DNA from: Bugula neritina
Taxonomy: Eukaryota > Animalia > Bryozoa
Direction of reading: 5' to 3'
Length of the DNA: 64,000 nucleotides
Assembly: GCA_964035545.1 (NCBI GenBank)
Contig: OZ037769.1
Span: 7,359,929 to 7,423,928, forward strand
The notes beneath the pieces were generated by a model. That model made no database searches. It was not told the origin of the DNA and saw only the letters and a list, made by a program, of their open reading frames with translations. Of this stretch, positions 11,001-39,300 are shown piece after piece. Made by a program: the position numbers and the translations under genes. Position 1 is the stretch's first letter, and every line of letters starts with the position of its first letter.

Positions 11001-11711
11001 GTGTAAATTCAAAATATAGCATGCTCTATTAATTTTAGGAGTTACAAGTCGTGCATAATGCCAAACCTTTTAAATACGCTTCAGTAAAAACATTAGTTTC
11101 TTTCGTTGCAAAGGTTTGAGCCATGAGACTCTGTTCAGTGCTGACAAGGAGATAAATCTCCAAACAGTTGCTGTACACAAGTTTAGTCATATAATGTTCT
11201 CAATTATTGCTTAGAAATAAGTACTTCTGTGGTTGAGCATTTTAACAATGAATTCATGTCGTAATGCAGGTGCCTGTAACTCCTAGAGCTTTTTGAGCTC
11301 TTTGACATGAGTTTACACGTGTTTAAAATATTTTTCAATTCACACATTTAGCACGTTTAAATTATTATGTTCCTTCCAGGACGTTGGTTGAAAGCAGCGG
11401 ATAAAGTCCCTAAAAGAGGTAAAGTCTTTTCATACATGTTCGGTATATTGATCATGCCCATTTCTGATGTGGAACTTACAGCACAATCACTCAAATCTTG
11501 TGCCCTGAAGTGTCTTCAACATACAAGCTGCATCAATTTTGGCTACATATCTTCATGGCCATCATGTCGACTATACTCTAAGACTGCCGCTGAGATTATG
11601 ACTTCAGGCGGCTTTTCTTGGTACAACAACAGCGTTTTTGTGTATGGGTCACTAGAACAGATTCCTGAAGCTGTCATAGCAAAAATTCGTGAGACGCGAG
11701 ATTTTATATAA
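2093..11711 (+). CDS. 3' part of a pentraxin-domain + PAN/apple-domain protein (exons 2093-2221, 2457-2666, 11380-11711)
   Basis: All junctions are GT-AG and phase 1. The spliced product LLFQEQDEHLTYGPVGSLNDEQAFIGKIAGLQIFSRYISLAEI matches the pentraxin C-terminal pattern (xxxQEQD...F.G.I...I). The last exon has a PAN-like SLKSCALKCLQHTSCINFGY...CRLYS. Upstream exons were not found in the window. Confidence 0.7.
2761..2902. repeat. GTAATT-rich MITE-like/low-complexity repeat end, interrupted by a solo LTR
   Basis: Dense GTAATT/AATTAC motifs starting AGGGTTAGGGTAATTGTAATT; no partner end was seen. Confidence 0.45.
2903..3246 (-). mobile_element. Solo LTR (Gypsy-type), minus orientation
   Basis: Minus strand runs TGTAATGGGA...AAAACTCACAACA (TG..CA), with termini resembling the other LTRs here. 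AATAAA on minus at 2999-3004; near-TSD CTAC/CCAC; 344 bp. Confidence 0.65.
3412..3716 (+). repeat. 5' LTR
   Basis: TGTGGTGG...CTATAACA, no mismatch seen versus 10554-10858; TATA-like TATAAG at 3501 and ATTAAA at 3615. Confidence 0.97.
3718..3735 (+). promoter_or_regulatory. Primer-binding site, tRNA-Leu type
   Basis: TGGTGGCAGCAGTGGGAT lies 1 nt after the LTR and is complementary to the ...AUCCCAC(C/U)GCUGCCA-CCA 3' end typical of tRNA-Leu. Confidence 0.85.
3750..4616 (+). CDS. gag: Gag (288 aa), capsid-like, no intact zinc knuckle
   Basis: Directly follows the PBS; has the KAPTFTGSEDVEQFIQEF...W retrotransposon gag pattern. Confidence 0.9.
   Translation: METENARMQPPPVEGERRNAVNPVNREGEEAYRHCLKAPTFTGSEDVEQFIQEFREVMEVAQWPHRVALIKLRRAVTEQAKPYGVGTDVDGILAALRARFGTSIIDARTKLERLCRTPRTSLQEHAATVKKLAQIAYSDLPAQHQERYTYDAFVQSLNDLGLDHHLRAKGITRIEDALKAGEAYLLATQMHRAQRNPPVVGVSAARATTGSEALPLEAEVDRMVEMLGQLVTILAGAGPGQALRMPPTPVGQGWSSADQDQGQKGRPQYQGALNCHGPRTLSLPAGRN
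4565..4622 (+). promoter_or_regulatory. -1 ribosomal frameshift signal (G_TTA_AAC plus GC stem-loop/pseudoknot)
   Basis: Heptamer at 4565-4571 in the gag frame, 5-nt spacer, then a perfect 10-bp stem CGGCCCGCGG/CCGCGGGCCG (4577-4586/4600-4609). The pol frame is -1 and open from 4523. Confidence 0.8.
4790..9190 (+). CDS. pol: Pol polyprotein (protease, RT, RNase H, integrase); frame open from 4523, probably expressed as Gag-Pol
   Basis: Protease LLDSG; RT LPFGL and YLDD; RNase H DAS/ELLA/TDH/NADGLSR; integrase HKQAH..CEIC, VDL/SDQG/VER DDE and KFVGPY; no stops. Confidence 0.97.
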   Translation: MEPEGPVERPKPRRHQPRRRKPRKPRVEPPPSCQTRTAHAGGVKVQPHGESYFLPGKVAGNAVTFLLDSGCTTNLLSRRVFEALPRRDRDRVRPYTGEHGTLADGSCIPFYGIIELPGRVRDQAVQETFIIGQLEEDAILGMPFLKQHQCRIDFSKSVVLMGGRELACVDKFGRPLVGGVQVVRNCTVPGRSRATIHCRVNSNRIARLGVVESAHEKIQLASSLNRLTERGEVLVQCVNPFTEPIELPAGSMLGRFHSVQEEDVGPSLGDATEAPPRHPIQGRGAVPTHLRELYETASGGCASNRERQAMAKLLRDYGDVFSSGENDVGLTGIVRHEIPLTAGTVPVRQPTRRLGPEKEKEVSRQVRDLLDRGLIEPAHSAWSSPVVLVRKKDGSWRFCVDYRKLNSVTIQDAYPLPRIDESLDALAGSKYFSTLDLLSGYWQVPLSPDAQEKAAFITRDGLWKWKVLPFGLTSAPATFQRLMEQVLSGLHWKTLLVYLDDVIVISPDFETHVSRLQEVFERLRGAGLKLKPSKCALLQPEVKYLGHVVGRNGVATDPEKVRAVEDWVTPQDLTGLRAFLGLVGYYRQYIPDFAGIAQPLNRLTAKGVTKQWTPVEQEAFDRLKGCLLTAPILAYPDPTLEYILDTDASDQNVGAVLSQVQDGREVVVAYYSKSLSPAERNYCTTRKELLAVIKSVKHFRPYLYGRKFRLRTDHASLIWLCRRAEPSSQVARWLEILAEFSYRIEHRPGKRHSNADGLSRRPDGGCKQCLNIERRDGGPPRCELETLAHHGAPFDWDQGQLRQRVDESPEDVQNLRANPVLAGNVRELKKLQEELPGVVADIYRAKREGRRPSEERIRQGCAEFRLYCQRWDSLRIGQDGLLTISLAASGRHPERKRVVCPTAIRRELIWDTHKQAHAGVKRVISKLRLRWYWPQMERDVRLRVKQCEICQASKHSRPPGEAGRRRLYAGRPWQVVAVDLVGPMPLTPRGNNWILVLTDHFTRWADALAIPDASAPTVARALDQHVFCYFGLPEQIHSDQGAQFQSQLMSDLCHLWGVNQSRTTPYHPQGNGVVERNNRMLGDALRSLLLGRGQEEWDTVLPQVMRAYCSTPHTSTGETPNLLMLGRETRVPDHLTYHVPEQDNSVHEYASELVERMKAAHEILRQQQWKVRHEDSDEPPLYQRGDKVWMVNYRRRRGQADKLKPKFVGPYVVAEAMPNHTYKIERSGQVSIQNESRLKPYWASPDGVGEAPPLLEPRRQTTTRGRRRHGPEYEVVIPREENLVREERQLLSTEACPPPPSLIPSLPETEPVPEVQTPTEGGAPSGEQEEVTTNGEVETPLEAPTNEPASVSPPLERGQRTRKPPPYLKDFICDCIRSGAHESLGENRTIKCWSCEPHANINFCEGGIVGGINARKANSSDLVPQKRCSAFSYADIAKGRRISQPAPTLPRTLSMDINTEFPGKPV
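9208..9657 (+). CDS. Retrotransposon accessory ORF3a, acidic/disordered (149 aa)
   Basis: ATG-initiated ORF starting 18 nt after the pol stop, inside the LTR boundaries; D/E/L-rich N-terminus; no signal peptide or TM segment. Confidence 0.5.
   Translation: METGSMPVDSELIQQIESELLGTTFHVNDDEDTVMADGLLDLELDTVLGQSTHDSSVPRVHSKSSDSQANNGRQSLELGCKDPPRSNTNSTFVDTLAPVSPGMPSLEMAWDSEPAPTTSTTRKLPPPVGSNLQLDYPCHRERDQDPSRR
9590..10282 (+). CDS. Retrotransposon accessory ORF3b: C2H2-type zinc fingers, PxVxL motif, basic patch and coiled coil
   Basis: CNLCQQRFTTHRRLKVHLPQH and CPCGEYSYNRDYLLRHQRTMQC; PRVVL at 10022-10036; RKRHR; heptad-rich C-terminus. The frame is open from 9527 with no ATG ahead of the fingers. 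Confidence 0.75.
   Translation: MEATSNWITPATEREIRTHQGGEGNRECNLCQQRFTTHRRLKVHLPQHYITTFCPCGEYSYNRDYLLRHQRTMQCYQGHVYEVDESSYPAFLNAIKPLITDSARLSRLEQGFPSPRPIISKAADKPTQSTNSPPHSPIRMPHTFPRVVLQRVDTNAYTLPPPLPSSERKRHRQPTSSRSSPWARNLREVEARAHDLEQEVYRLAPRVQAASSELKYLQESIKRIKRAARS
10543..10550 (+). promoter_or_regulatory. Polypurine tract
   Basis: GGAGGGGG located 3 nt before the 3' LTR. Confidence 0.8.
10554..10858 (+). repeat. 3' LTR
   Basis: Identical to 3412-3716. Confidence 0.97.
10885..11340. mobile_element. Two degenerate, oppositely oriented copies of the retrozyme-like unit
   Basis: 10885-11065 aligns to 1044-1210 (cccctcataagcacagaacagagcaccatagccc...atgtttctactaaa). 11069-11340 is reverse oriented with a decayed core CTGACAA-ggag..ctcc-AAAC at 11141-11165. 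Confidence 0.7.
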
Positions 11712-12467
11712 TGCTAATGCACCAGCCTCTATAAGGTCTATCGTAATAGATCTATATATAAACTGTTACTTTGAAAAGAAAGCATTACTCTAAAGTTATA
11801 GTTAAACAATCCAACAGGCAAACTTTATTTTTTTAAAACACTGAAAGGCAAGTTTATAAAAGAAGCTTTTACAATGGGGCAGATTGATGCCTCAATGTTT
11901 CCCATTTTATGATTTCTCATTAGATTAGTAATTGTCTACCACAACATATTATGTATTCATGACATATAAGTATTTCACATTGTATGCTACACTAAGTTTA
12001 GGATTTTATGCACTACCTATACATTTAGGTGTGTAGGTACGCTTTACAAAGGCTAAACGACTTTACCAGCCACTATTATACTGAATACCAAGTATACAAA
12101 CTGTACAGCACACATGCCAATTATACAGTCTCTAAGGCTATACTACAGTTGTAATGCATATGGCATGCCAAAAGTACAGTTTTAGTAAACTGAAGGAATT
12201 CTTTCGCTAATCATCTACAAACTAATGACTCATATCTATTAAATTTACCAAAGTGGCATTTCAAAATCCTTAATTTAAAATCTAAAGCACTTTTCTACAC
12301 TAATTGCATAATATATCATTATAATAATATATTTTTAATACTATTTTATTAATGCTATTACAAGGATATACATTATGTAATTGATTATAATAAACATTTC
12401 TGAACAATCTACATGTATGTACATCAATACATCTATTACTTTGGATATATTTTCATGCGCTATAAGA

Positions 12468-14581
12468 CTACGTGAGTATTTGACAACTGTTGTAAACATT
12501 AACTAAAGTATTCCTAGAAACAGGCTTTACATAGTCCAACGGAGTTTTCTTCTCCTTATTCTGTTTATGTATATCAGCACCGTGCTCTATTAGCAACTTA
12601 GCTATGTCCAGCGCATCATCTTGACAAGCAACATGTAAAGCAGAGTTGCCTTCCGTATCTGTGTAGTGTGTATCAGCTCTGTTTATCAGCAACAGCTGCA
12701 CCATCTTGAGAAGACCTATAATAAAGTAGCCAACTTTTAGAGATTTTCTAATAAATCAAATTGAATGTATGCATGTATACCTGTATGTATTAAAATTACA
12801 GTGGTAGCTCATAATATAGAACATTTATATAAGTTACACACAACTTGCTAAAATTAAATAAAAAAAGGAACACTTTTCCTCTCATAGTTTCCAGTATATG
12901 TATATTATCCCACACTGTAATACAACAAGCAGCAGCTGTATCACCTTTACTGGCAGCTCTGTGTAAAGGAGTAGCGTTGACCCAGTCCCCCACCGTAGTG
13001 TGAGCTCCATTCTCTATCAGGAACACCGCTATGTCATAGTGATCTTTGGATGCCGCATAATGCAATGCGCATTGACCTGCAAAGTTCAACATAAAACTAT
13101 AGATAACAATTAAAAATAAAGTTTAAAGAACATATAAATAGATAAAGGACAACAAAGTATTTAAAAATAATACAAGTAGAAAAGCTAAAGATACAACTTT
13201 GATTGAGTACGTAGATAAAGCCCCAGGTAGATTCATGGTTTTATCAACAGTGTTTCTGTTTTTTAAAAGTTTTATTCTAAAAATATTTATTGGTAAGCTG
13301 GGAAGAGCACTTGATTGCAATTGGTAGATCCACTAAGCAATATCAAGTACGCAGATTTTCCTGAGAATCAGCATAAGCAGAATACACCGAATTACTTGGC
13401 AACTACTAAACTGTAAGAGTAAGTGACCTGTGCGATTGACGGAGTTTACATCCGCCCCCTCGTTTAGTAAAACAGACACAACTTCCTTCCTGCCTGCGCT
13501 GGTGGCAATCATTAGAGCCGTCCATTCTGAGTCATCCGTCCCATCAACCTGAATATGAGACAATGTCGATTGCAATAATGTTTATCCCTCAACTGATATC
13601 TGCTAGTAAAATATATATAGTGAATATGTTATTAAAAAATTCAATACTTATCACTTAACCACAAATATTAGTTCAAATAAGGAATAGAACCATTAATATT
13701 TAAGACACTCATACTTAGAGTTGTTGAACTTCAAGGGAGAACAATTTTTGACAACTAGGGGATTGTCCCATGATTCTTGTGTGTGTTAGCAATGAGATCG
13801 CATGGTTGATCATCTCCCAAAAGCAATAAAATAGCAAGTCATAGAAACTATTTTGAGTAACTGAGGTAATCATTTACTGCAATAATTAGGCTGAGCAAAT
13901 CTTTCAATTCTACAAAAGTTAATTTATCACAAACCAACATATAATAAGTTCCTCTGTATACTTGTATTATACTAGAAGGGGAAACAAGCCTTTGAGTTAG
14001 CAAACCAAACCCATCATCCAATAATACAATGCGACGTGTTCTAAGATCACTTACCCTACCTCACAAAATTTCAAATATAAAGAGATACATAGTTAGATTT
14101 TTTCAAAACCCATTATGACCTTACCTCAAAATTTACTGTGATTATGATATGTTTATTGTATAAAAAGTGGAAAGGCATTTTAAACATTCATTGGTCTCAG
14201 TACTCCCTAGCTGGGGATAAAGCATATCGGATAAATAATTGTATAAAGACATTTTAATGTACAGCTCAAGATAAACACATTACACTACATTACACAGATA
14301 TACCCGACCAGGACATGGCAGTGAAAGGTGAGAACAGATATACACATAACCACATATTATATAATGTATATACTTGATGGATATATACATACCTTAGCAT
14401 TGTGGGACAGCAAGAGTTTAGTAATATCAACATTTCCTGCTGATGCTGCCCAGTGAAGCGCAGTTCTTCCATCTTGGTCTTTCTTGTGTACAAGATCATT
14501 ATTCTCAGCTAAGAGTTTCTGTATATGTCCTATATTACCATCATAGGCCAACTGACATAACTGCAAGTTGGAATGACTCAT
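12468..14581 (-). CDS. PSMD10: 26S proteasome non-ATPase regulatory subunit 10 (gankyrin); exons 14581-14393, 13548-13428, 13076-12945, 12715-12468
   Basis: 690-nt spliced CDS (229 aa) of ankyrin repeats with gankyrin-like DQDGRTALHWAASAG, DDSEWTALMIATSAG, GQCALHYAASK, ATPLHRAASKG, DTEGNSALHVAC and NKEKKTPL; consistent GT-AG phases. Confidence 0.9.
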
Positions 14582-17360
14582 ACCTCACAGTGCAAGCTAA
14601 AACTGCAACCAATAACAGCATGCACGAAACAAAACAACAACTATTATGATGGTATAAGCAGAACACAAACTACAAAAATATGTATAGATAGCACAGGCAA
14701 GATCACCATTAAAATACTATGTAACCTTTTTTAATTTTGCTAAGCTAAAAAATTTAGTATTACTATTAACTTACTATATGACTATACATTATTGTAATTT
14801 TAGTTTTTTAGGCATTAAATCCATTTGTTAATACATTTTATCACAATCCTTATAATAATCATATCATAAATTGATAAATCAAAATCAGTCACCACTATCA
14901 CCACCTCGGATAGCATTTGTTCATTACTTAAGTGTCAATTAAAATCAACTTGAAGAAATAACACGATAAGGTAGAGTTGATGTTATTAAAAAAAATTTAA
15001 TGTAATTATATTAATGCTTATACTGATAGTTATTGTGCCATGTACTGATCCCGTGGTTTGCTTATAGTTATTATTACTATAAAATGTAATATAATTTATT
15101 TTTAACTATAGTAATAGTTTTACTTTTACTAATAGACATACTCATAGTAATACAAACAATCATACTCATACTGTATAACTATAATCATTAATCCCTTAAT
15201 GTTACTATGTATTATATTAATTATTGCTATTACTATTACTAATATATCTACAATATTAATAGTTATAATAATAGAATACTCAATTGATGATTAGCAAAAC
15301 TAAATGTAATAGCAATACTAATAGTAATAATAATACTGACACTACAAATACAATAGTAACTATAAGCCATAACGACAGTGATATTAATTATAACATAAAC
15401 ATTGACTTATTTAGTGATTGGCTATACTTATACTTATAGGACTAGGACTAAGTTACTCACCAACTTTAAGTATACCATCACTATTCAGTTTGAGTTTCAC
15501 TATGACTATCATATCATTAATATTATCCCTATGCTGGGGCATGTGGCTGTGCGTTTTAATTAATACCCGTACTGTAAGTTTAGTGTAAGTCAAGATGTAC
15601 TATTACTATTATCTATAGCTTGGTGTAGGATACACCACTTAATTACTAAGGTTAAACTCATACTCATACTGTCATAGTATAAGTTAAAGTAACTTTAAGT
15701 GACTATAAGTATAACTGTAACATTAACTATAATTACTAATAGTAGGTAATAGTAATAGTAATATAACTATAGTATAACTATAAGTGTAACTATAAGCATA
15801 CTATTAGTATTATCATTATCATTAACTTTAAGTGAGTTTAACTAAATCAGTGATACTTATAGTTATACTAATACTAATTGTAAATGCAATTGACAATTGG
15901 CATTGCATAAAAATAAACTTTAATTCACTAAAACTTTAAGCCTAAGACTCAGCCTGAGACAGAATAAGACACTAGTAGTACTACTAGTATCTAAAATATA
16001 GTACTAGTACTATTAGTACTAGTACTAATAGTAAATGTAATACTAATAGTAATACTTCGATACTTACTTCGATACTTCGACTTTAGCACACGCTAGATCA
16101 CCATAAGGCGCAAGAGGCGTGCCTCAGCAGCTTGTTACAATACATTTGACATAGAATTATAACTGTATTTGCATACATTATGCATTTTAGATTTGGTAAT
16201 TGTAGTACCTTTCAGGTTATCATTTATCAAGTATTTAGGGAGTTCCAATTCTTAGGTCTCTAATAGTGCGCGGTAGGAAGCTGTTATGATATGCTGTGCA
16301 CATGGCAGATATCGCAGTTGGTATTCCGTTAGAGGCAGCCCTCGTGGTAACCGTAGCGGTTGACTTGTCCCTTGTCAGTTCAGTGTAGCTGGAAGATACT
16401 AATACTAATAGTAATACTTATACTACTACTACTAGTAGTAGTAGTAGCATTAGTAGTACTCAACTAGTTCTAGATAGTAACAGTAACACTAACACTACTG
16501 AGTACTGAGTAAGACTAACTCTAAGAGTAAGACTAAGAGTCAAAATGAGAATCAGAATGAGAATGTAAATTGTAATCAGTAATTCAAACTGAAACTGTAA
16601 CTCAGCAAGATAAAAATTAATCCTCAATCAATACTATTATTATTAATGAATACTAATTATCAACTAGTATTACTGATAGCAATTAGTATTACTAATTAGC
16701 AATTACCATCAGAGTTCAGTAAATGTAATTAATAATTACTAATTACTAATTAGTGATTACTAACAAGAACGTTTGTGGACGATCTAATTCTATGCGAGTG
16801 TCAAGGTTTAAAACACTATAAACTAGGATTTGTTGCGATCTCAACGCTATTTCATGGTTGGACCTGCAATACAGCCGGTTAAAACAAGCTAATATCTTTG
16901 CCCCGTATCATATGTCAAGGCTAAGCTAACATAGCCTTTGTTACTAATTACGTAATATTGTGAAATGTAAAGAAATTGGTTTTTAAAGAAAAATTTTTAA
17001 ACTTATGCTAAAACGACTCTCGCATTTCATCAGCATAATTTTTTTTTCCAAATAATTTCAGTGAATGAATTAAATGAAGAGAGAGAAAGTACAGCGTGTG
17101 CAGTCATTATCATCGTTTAAATCCTTAGTATCTCTCCACTCAATCTATTTCTCTGTTTTCACCATCACTGGGAAGCCTTGAGTCTTGTAATTTTTTGTTT
17201 AAGTTTAAACTTTGAGCTTAAATTCAATTTAGGCTTGACTTATTTTTAAACTTAAAGTTTAAGTTGTCTTATACGTATACTTATAGTTATAGTAAGTTAT
17301 AGTTATACTTACAGTTATTAACTAGTAACTATAACTATAAGTAACTTATAGTTATAGTTA

Positions 17361-18208
17361 CCTGTCGATAACTGTCGATGCTATTTCCACACTGGACCTC
17401 CCTAGAGGGAAGAAGGGGTGTGCCTCATATAAAAAACTAAGTTGTCAGTACTTTGACAGTAGTCTAAAAAGTGTTAACATTCTTGTGCAGATTAACTTAA
17501 CAGGCTAACTAGCCTGTCTGTGTGTGATCAGTGCTGATCCTCATATCTCTTATTGTTCTTGGGAGAAAACTATAAAAATACCCATTCCTGTTCAATCTCA
17601 CTGATCTGGGAAATCCTGAAACCTGAGACCGAGTCTGTACAGTGCTTGTGGTCCGCTGATCTAGAAAATCATCATAGGCAGTACTCAGAGTTGGATGTAG
17701 TTCTTCCTTAGACAATATTTTTAGGAGAAAGCTGATGCGTCGGTTTTTCCTCCTTAGATCAAGCGGCTCCAAACACAGCTTTTTCATCTCCTCCCCAATA
17801 TCAGTTCTTCCTTTGCTGTTAGAGATAAAACGCACAGCATCTGTTTGAACATTCTCCATTATACTTATATGATTTTTGCTAGATGGGTCCCAGGCTGCAC
17901 TGGCATATTCCAAGTGTAGAAGACAGAGGGCTTTGTAGGCAATAAGCGTTGCTCTCCTGGGGGCCCAGTAGAGTGCACGTTTTATCATACCTAATTGCCG
18001 TTTTGCAACAAGAACCTTTTTTAGGATGTGTTGGTCAAATTTACAGTCTGATTGCAGTGTTACACCAAGGTATTTGGTTGAGTCAACATGATCCAACACT
18101 GATCCACTGAGCTTGTATTGGGAAGTGTCGGTCTTAGGGTTAAAGCTGATTATCTTGCTCTTGGGGATGTTAAATGACATTCCCCACTTATTCGCCCAAG
18201 TACTAAGT
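17361..18208 (-). mobile_element. 5'-truncated non-LTR retrotransposon (CR1/L2-group) RT C-terminus and 3' UTR
   Basis: WANKWGMSFN..K, KYLGVTL, LEYASAAWDP and FYSFLPRTIRD (ORF 17509-18180); a short tandem ATCGACAG tail lies near 17361-17380. Confidence 0.85.
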
Positions 18209-20082
18209 TAATGTTATACTAATACTTATAGATTATAAATATAATTATATTTATAATTATAATAAAAATTAAAATAAAACTAAAAGTAATCAACGTCAAG
18301 TCAATAAGTATAACATTAACTATAACTAATAGTAATACTTAGTCTTACTCTTACAATTGCTGAGTCTTAGTCTTACAGTTAAACTTCATAACTTATAGAC
18401 AATAACTATAAGACATATAGTTATAACTTATATTTGCAATACTTTGTTTTTATTAATTATACTTAATATTATAGTCTATAGATTATAGTTATACTTATAG
18501 TGCTAGAGTAATGGACTAAAACTCAGTCTCATGTCAGTGACCTATAGCCCATATTTATAGGCATAGCAGTACCCGTAGGCTAAAGCCATAGGATTAGGTC
18601 TAGGCCACAGGGCAGCAGTTAAATTCATGGAGTGATAATGTGGGTCAAGGTGTTCATGCCAGTGCTAAGTCGCAATGGGTTTAACTTGTTTTAAACTGAT
18701 CGTAATAACTTGAGGATGAAGCATTAAATATCACTATCAGTATGAATATGAAACTGAATGTTTATAATTGAAAATGAATATGATAATAATCATTATAATA
18801 ATCATATTGTTACAGCTATCGAAATTGGAGTACAGCATTTAATTTAGACCCATTGATTTGAGTCGGCTGCTCATTTTATTAGCAACCGATATTTTTTGTA
18901 ACCGTGAGAGCATAATCATGATGATATCAATTATCATGCTGTTGCAGGTAGCGGTAGTCTTAGTGAAATTAGGTCTAAACAATTTTTCTAGCTTAAAGTA
19001 GACTTTGTTCACCTGGTCACAGTACCAAGGGCCCGTCAGTAAGATGAGTGATTCTCCATTAACTGGCAATCTTGCATGGATGAGGTCTTATACATTTTAA
19101 ATCGTGATCCTGGTGACCTGACAGAGTAAATTACAAAGCTTTACGAAAACTATAGAATATGATTATAATTATACTATACTGCAGAATAAAAATATTTTTA
19201 CTGTAGTCTGTAGAAATTATATTGAAATGCCGGCAAGCGTCTTGCATACAATATGCAATAGTATACAAAGACTCACAAGAAATTGCATTTTATAATACTA
19301 AAAGTAGAAATGTTGTACTGTAAAATTACTGGTCCTCACAAATAGTGCTTTATAAAATTAAATTAGATGTTTTTTGTTATTAATTGGGCGAATGGCAGGT
19401 TATAAAACTGTTTATCATGATATCAACAGTAATATTGTCACCAGTAGCTATTCATAGACCACAAAGTTTGTACAATATCTGATTTTTTTTTAACAAGTTG
19501 GTTAAAAGTAAAATTATGTATGGCATATATACTACTAATTAAGGACATATGTTGACACCAAATTTGACTAATAACATATTGATAAAGCAAGTTGCAAAGC
19601 TGTTAAAAGTCTAATCAGCTTAACTAAATCAAGTCATGCTTCTAATAATTTTTTTAATAAATCTGGGAAAAACATATGCCATTTTAAATTAAGTTAATTT
19701 CACTCACAAGTCTTTTCATCCAATCAATAAATGTGTTTGTGACTATCATTTAACCATTTACATAGTTTTATTAAAATTCTGTAAGCAATTAATTTTAATA
19801 CATTTGAAGATTACTTTTAGTAGTATTTTAATATAAGTTATTTTGCAGTTGAAATCATAAAGATTAACATTGATTGCTTTAATTCAAGTATTTTATAACT
19901 TGTATTGTTCAAATCAGTTTCGTAATCAAATTTGTCATTGACTTCCATTTTTCTCCTATGTAAGTTATGTTATTGTCAAATTGTACTTCAATTGCTCTTG
20001 TAGTGTTAAAAGTACCTGTATGCCAAATGCATTTCATATTCACACCCGCTAGTTTTCATTGTACCCTTTAGGTACTTCAACG

Positions 20083-37710
<17,628 letters not shown>

Positions 37711-39142
37711 GTCAATGTAATTGTGTTTCATAAATGGGGTTCACCCATTTGTTATACTTTTTTTGTGAAATAGATAGATTAGACATTGCATTTAAAGAGC
37801 ATAGTTGTTTCATGAATGAATGATATGCAGCTGTGTTTTATTAAAAGTCGTTTGTATCAAAAATATGCAAAACTAGTCTTACTGTCTAGTGGGTTATATT
37901 TTCTACTTTATATTATACATCTGTTCAAATTACTCTAATCAAGATCGAGTCTTTCTTCTCTAAATATTAAGTCTGCTTGCTTACGCAGTTATGAAATCTC
38001 AGTTTTACTTGTCTCTCTCAACTGTAGAATCTCATGTAATTTTTTTTACAGTAATTTTGCTTTTTATGTGTTTTTATACAAGTCTACTGTCTACAATAAA
38101 ATTTCTACATTTGTGATTGTGATGCTAAACTATGCATCTAAACTCATAAAGTGAATAGATTATGGCATATATAAACAGGCAGTAATTGATAATTATATGG
38201 CATTTAAAATACCTTACCTTATATGAGTGGGATTGTTGAACATGCTTAGTAGAATTTAATTGATAACCAAGACCTGGACTGCAATCCCTTTAGCAAAAAG
38301 GTGTTGGTAACAATAAATTAAAATTGAAATATCCATCAATTGTAAAAAGTTCAGTATGATGCTTAACTATAAATTTGGTTGACATAATAATTCTATTCCT
38401 ATTTTGTCATTCCGATCATGTTTTTTGTAGGACATTTTACATACATGCAGTTGAGCTGTATTGGTTATATTTGAAACAAATATTGCTATCAACACAAAAC
38501 ACACACATGTTGTTATATAATGCCTTTCTGTGTAATAATTTCCAGACAAAATTTGCGTACCCAAAACAACACGCTACATCCAACTGGGCTTGCTAGAATA
38601 CATATATATATATATATATATATATAGAAACTAAACTACACCATTTTCATCAGTTAGTTAAAAGTTTGTATAGATATCTTTGACTTACAATTATATTTGA
38701 AAATTCAATAATGTTTTTTTAATCACGCCTGTGTAATGGACCATCATTGATAATCTATAATAATCAATTTTGCTATTGCAGGTTATCTCTCACTCTTAGG
38801 AATTACCAATATTAATTATTACAAATTCAATTTGGAGAAATAATTCTATAAGTATTGCTATAATAATCATCATTTAGGTGCAGTATTTTCAAGTTGCTAG
38901 TAATACTTATAGTGCAACTATATTGCAAGATAATTTTTATACATCAAAATATAAACTAAAAGTATAAAGAAGTTAATATTACGTGACTTTCAATAAATAC
39001 TGCTGTACCTGTTGTGAATGTTTATTTTATGCAATGAAATATGGAGTTATCGCTTAATGGTTTTCTGATAACAACTTGGTCTGCCAGTTAGCCTTAGCTT
39101 CAGAACATCAAAATCGCAGTCTCCTATTACGCTGACTGAAAT

Positions 39143-39300
39143 TGTTTTATAAGCTGCTTCGAGTTAGGAGTGACGAAGTGCAGTAGCTTGAGATTCTCAA
39201 AATTAAAGTTGAGGATTTAAGTTTGAACTTGGAACTCTAAACTCAAGAATCCCAATCTATTGCACTCAATCATCCCCAACTCGGAGCTGCTTATAGAACA
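39143..39300. mobile_element. Foldback MITE family, copy 2
   Basis: GTTTTATAAGCTGCTTCGAGTT...AACTCGGAGCTGCTTATAGAAC terminal inverted repeats. Confidence 0.75.

Noticed and set aside
16080-16397. GC-richer island as an ncRNA gene
   Set aside because: No recognisable tRNA, snRNA or snoRNA motifs; more likely promoter or 5' UTR, but this cannot be supported from sequence alone.
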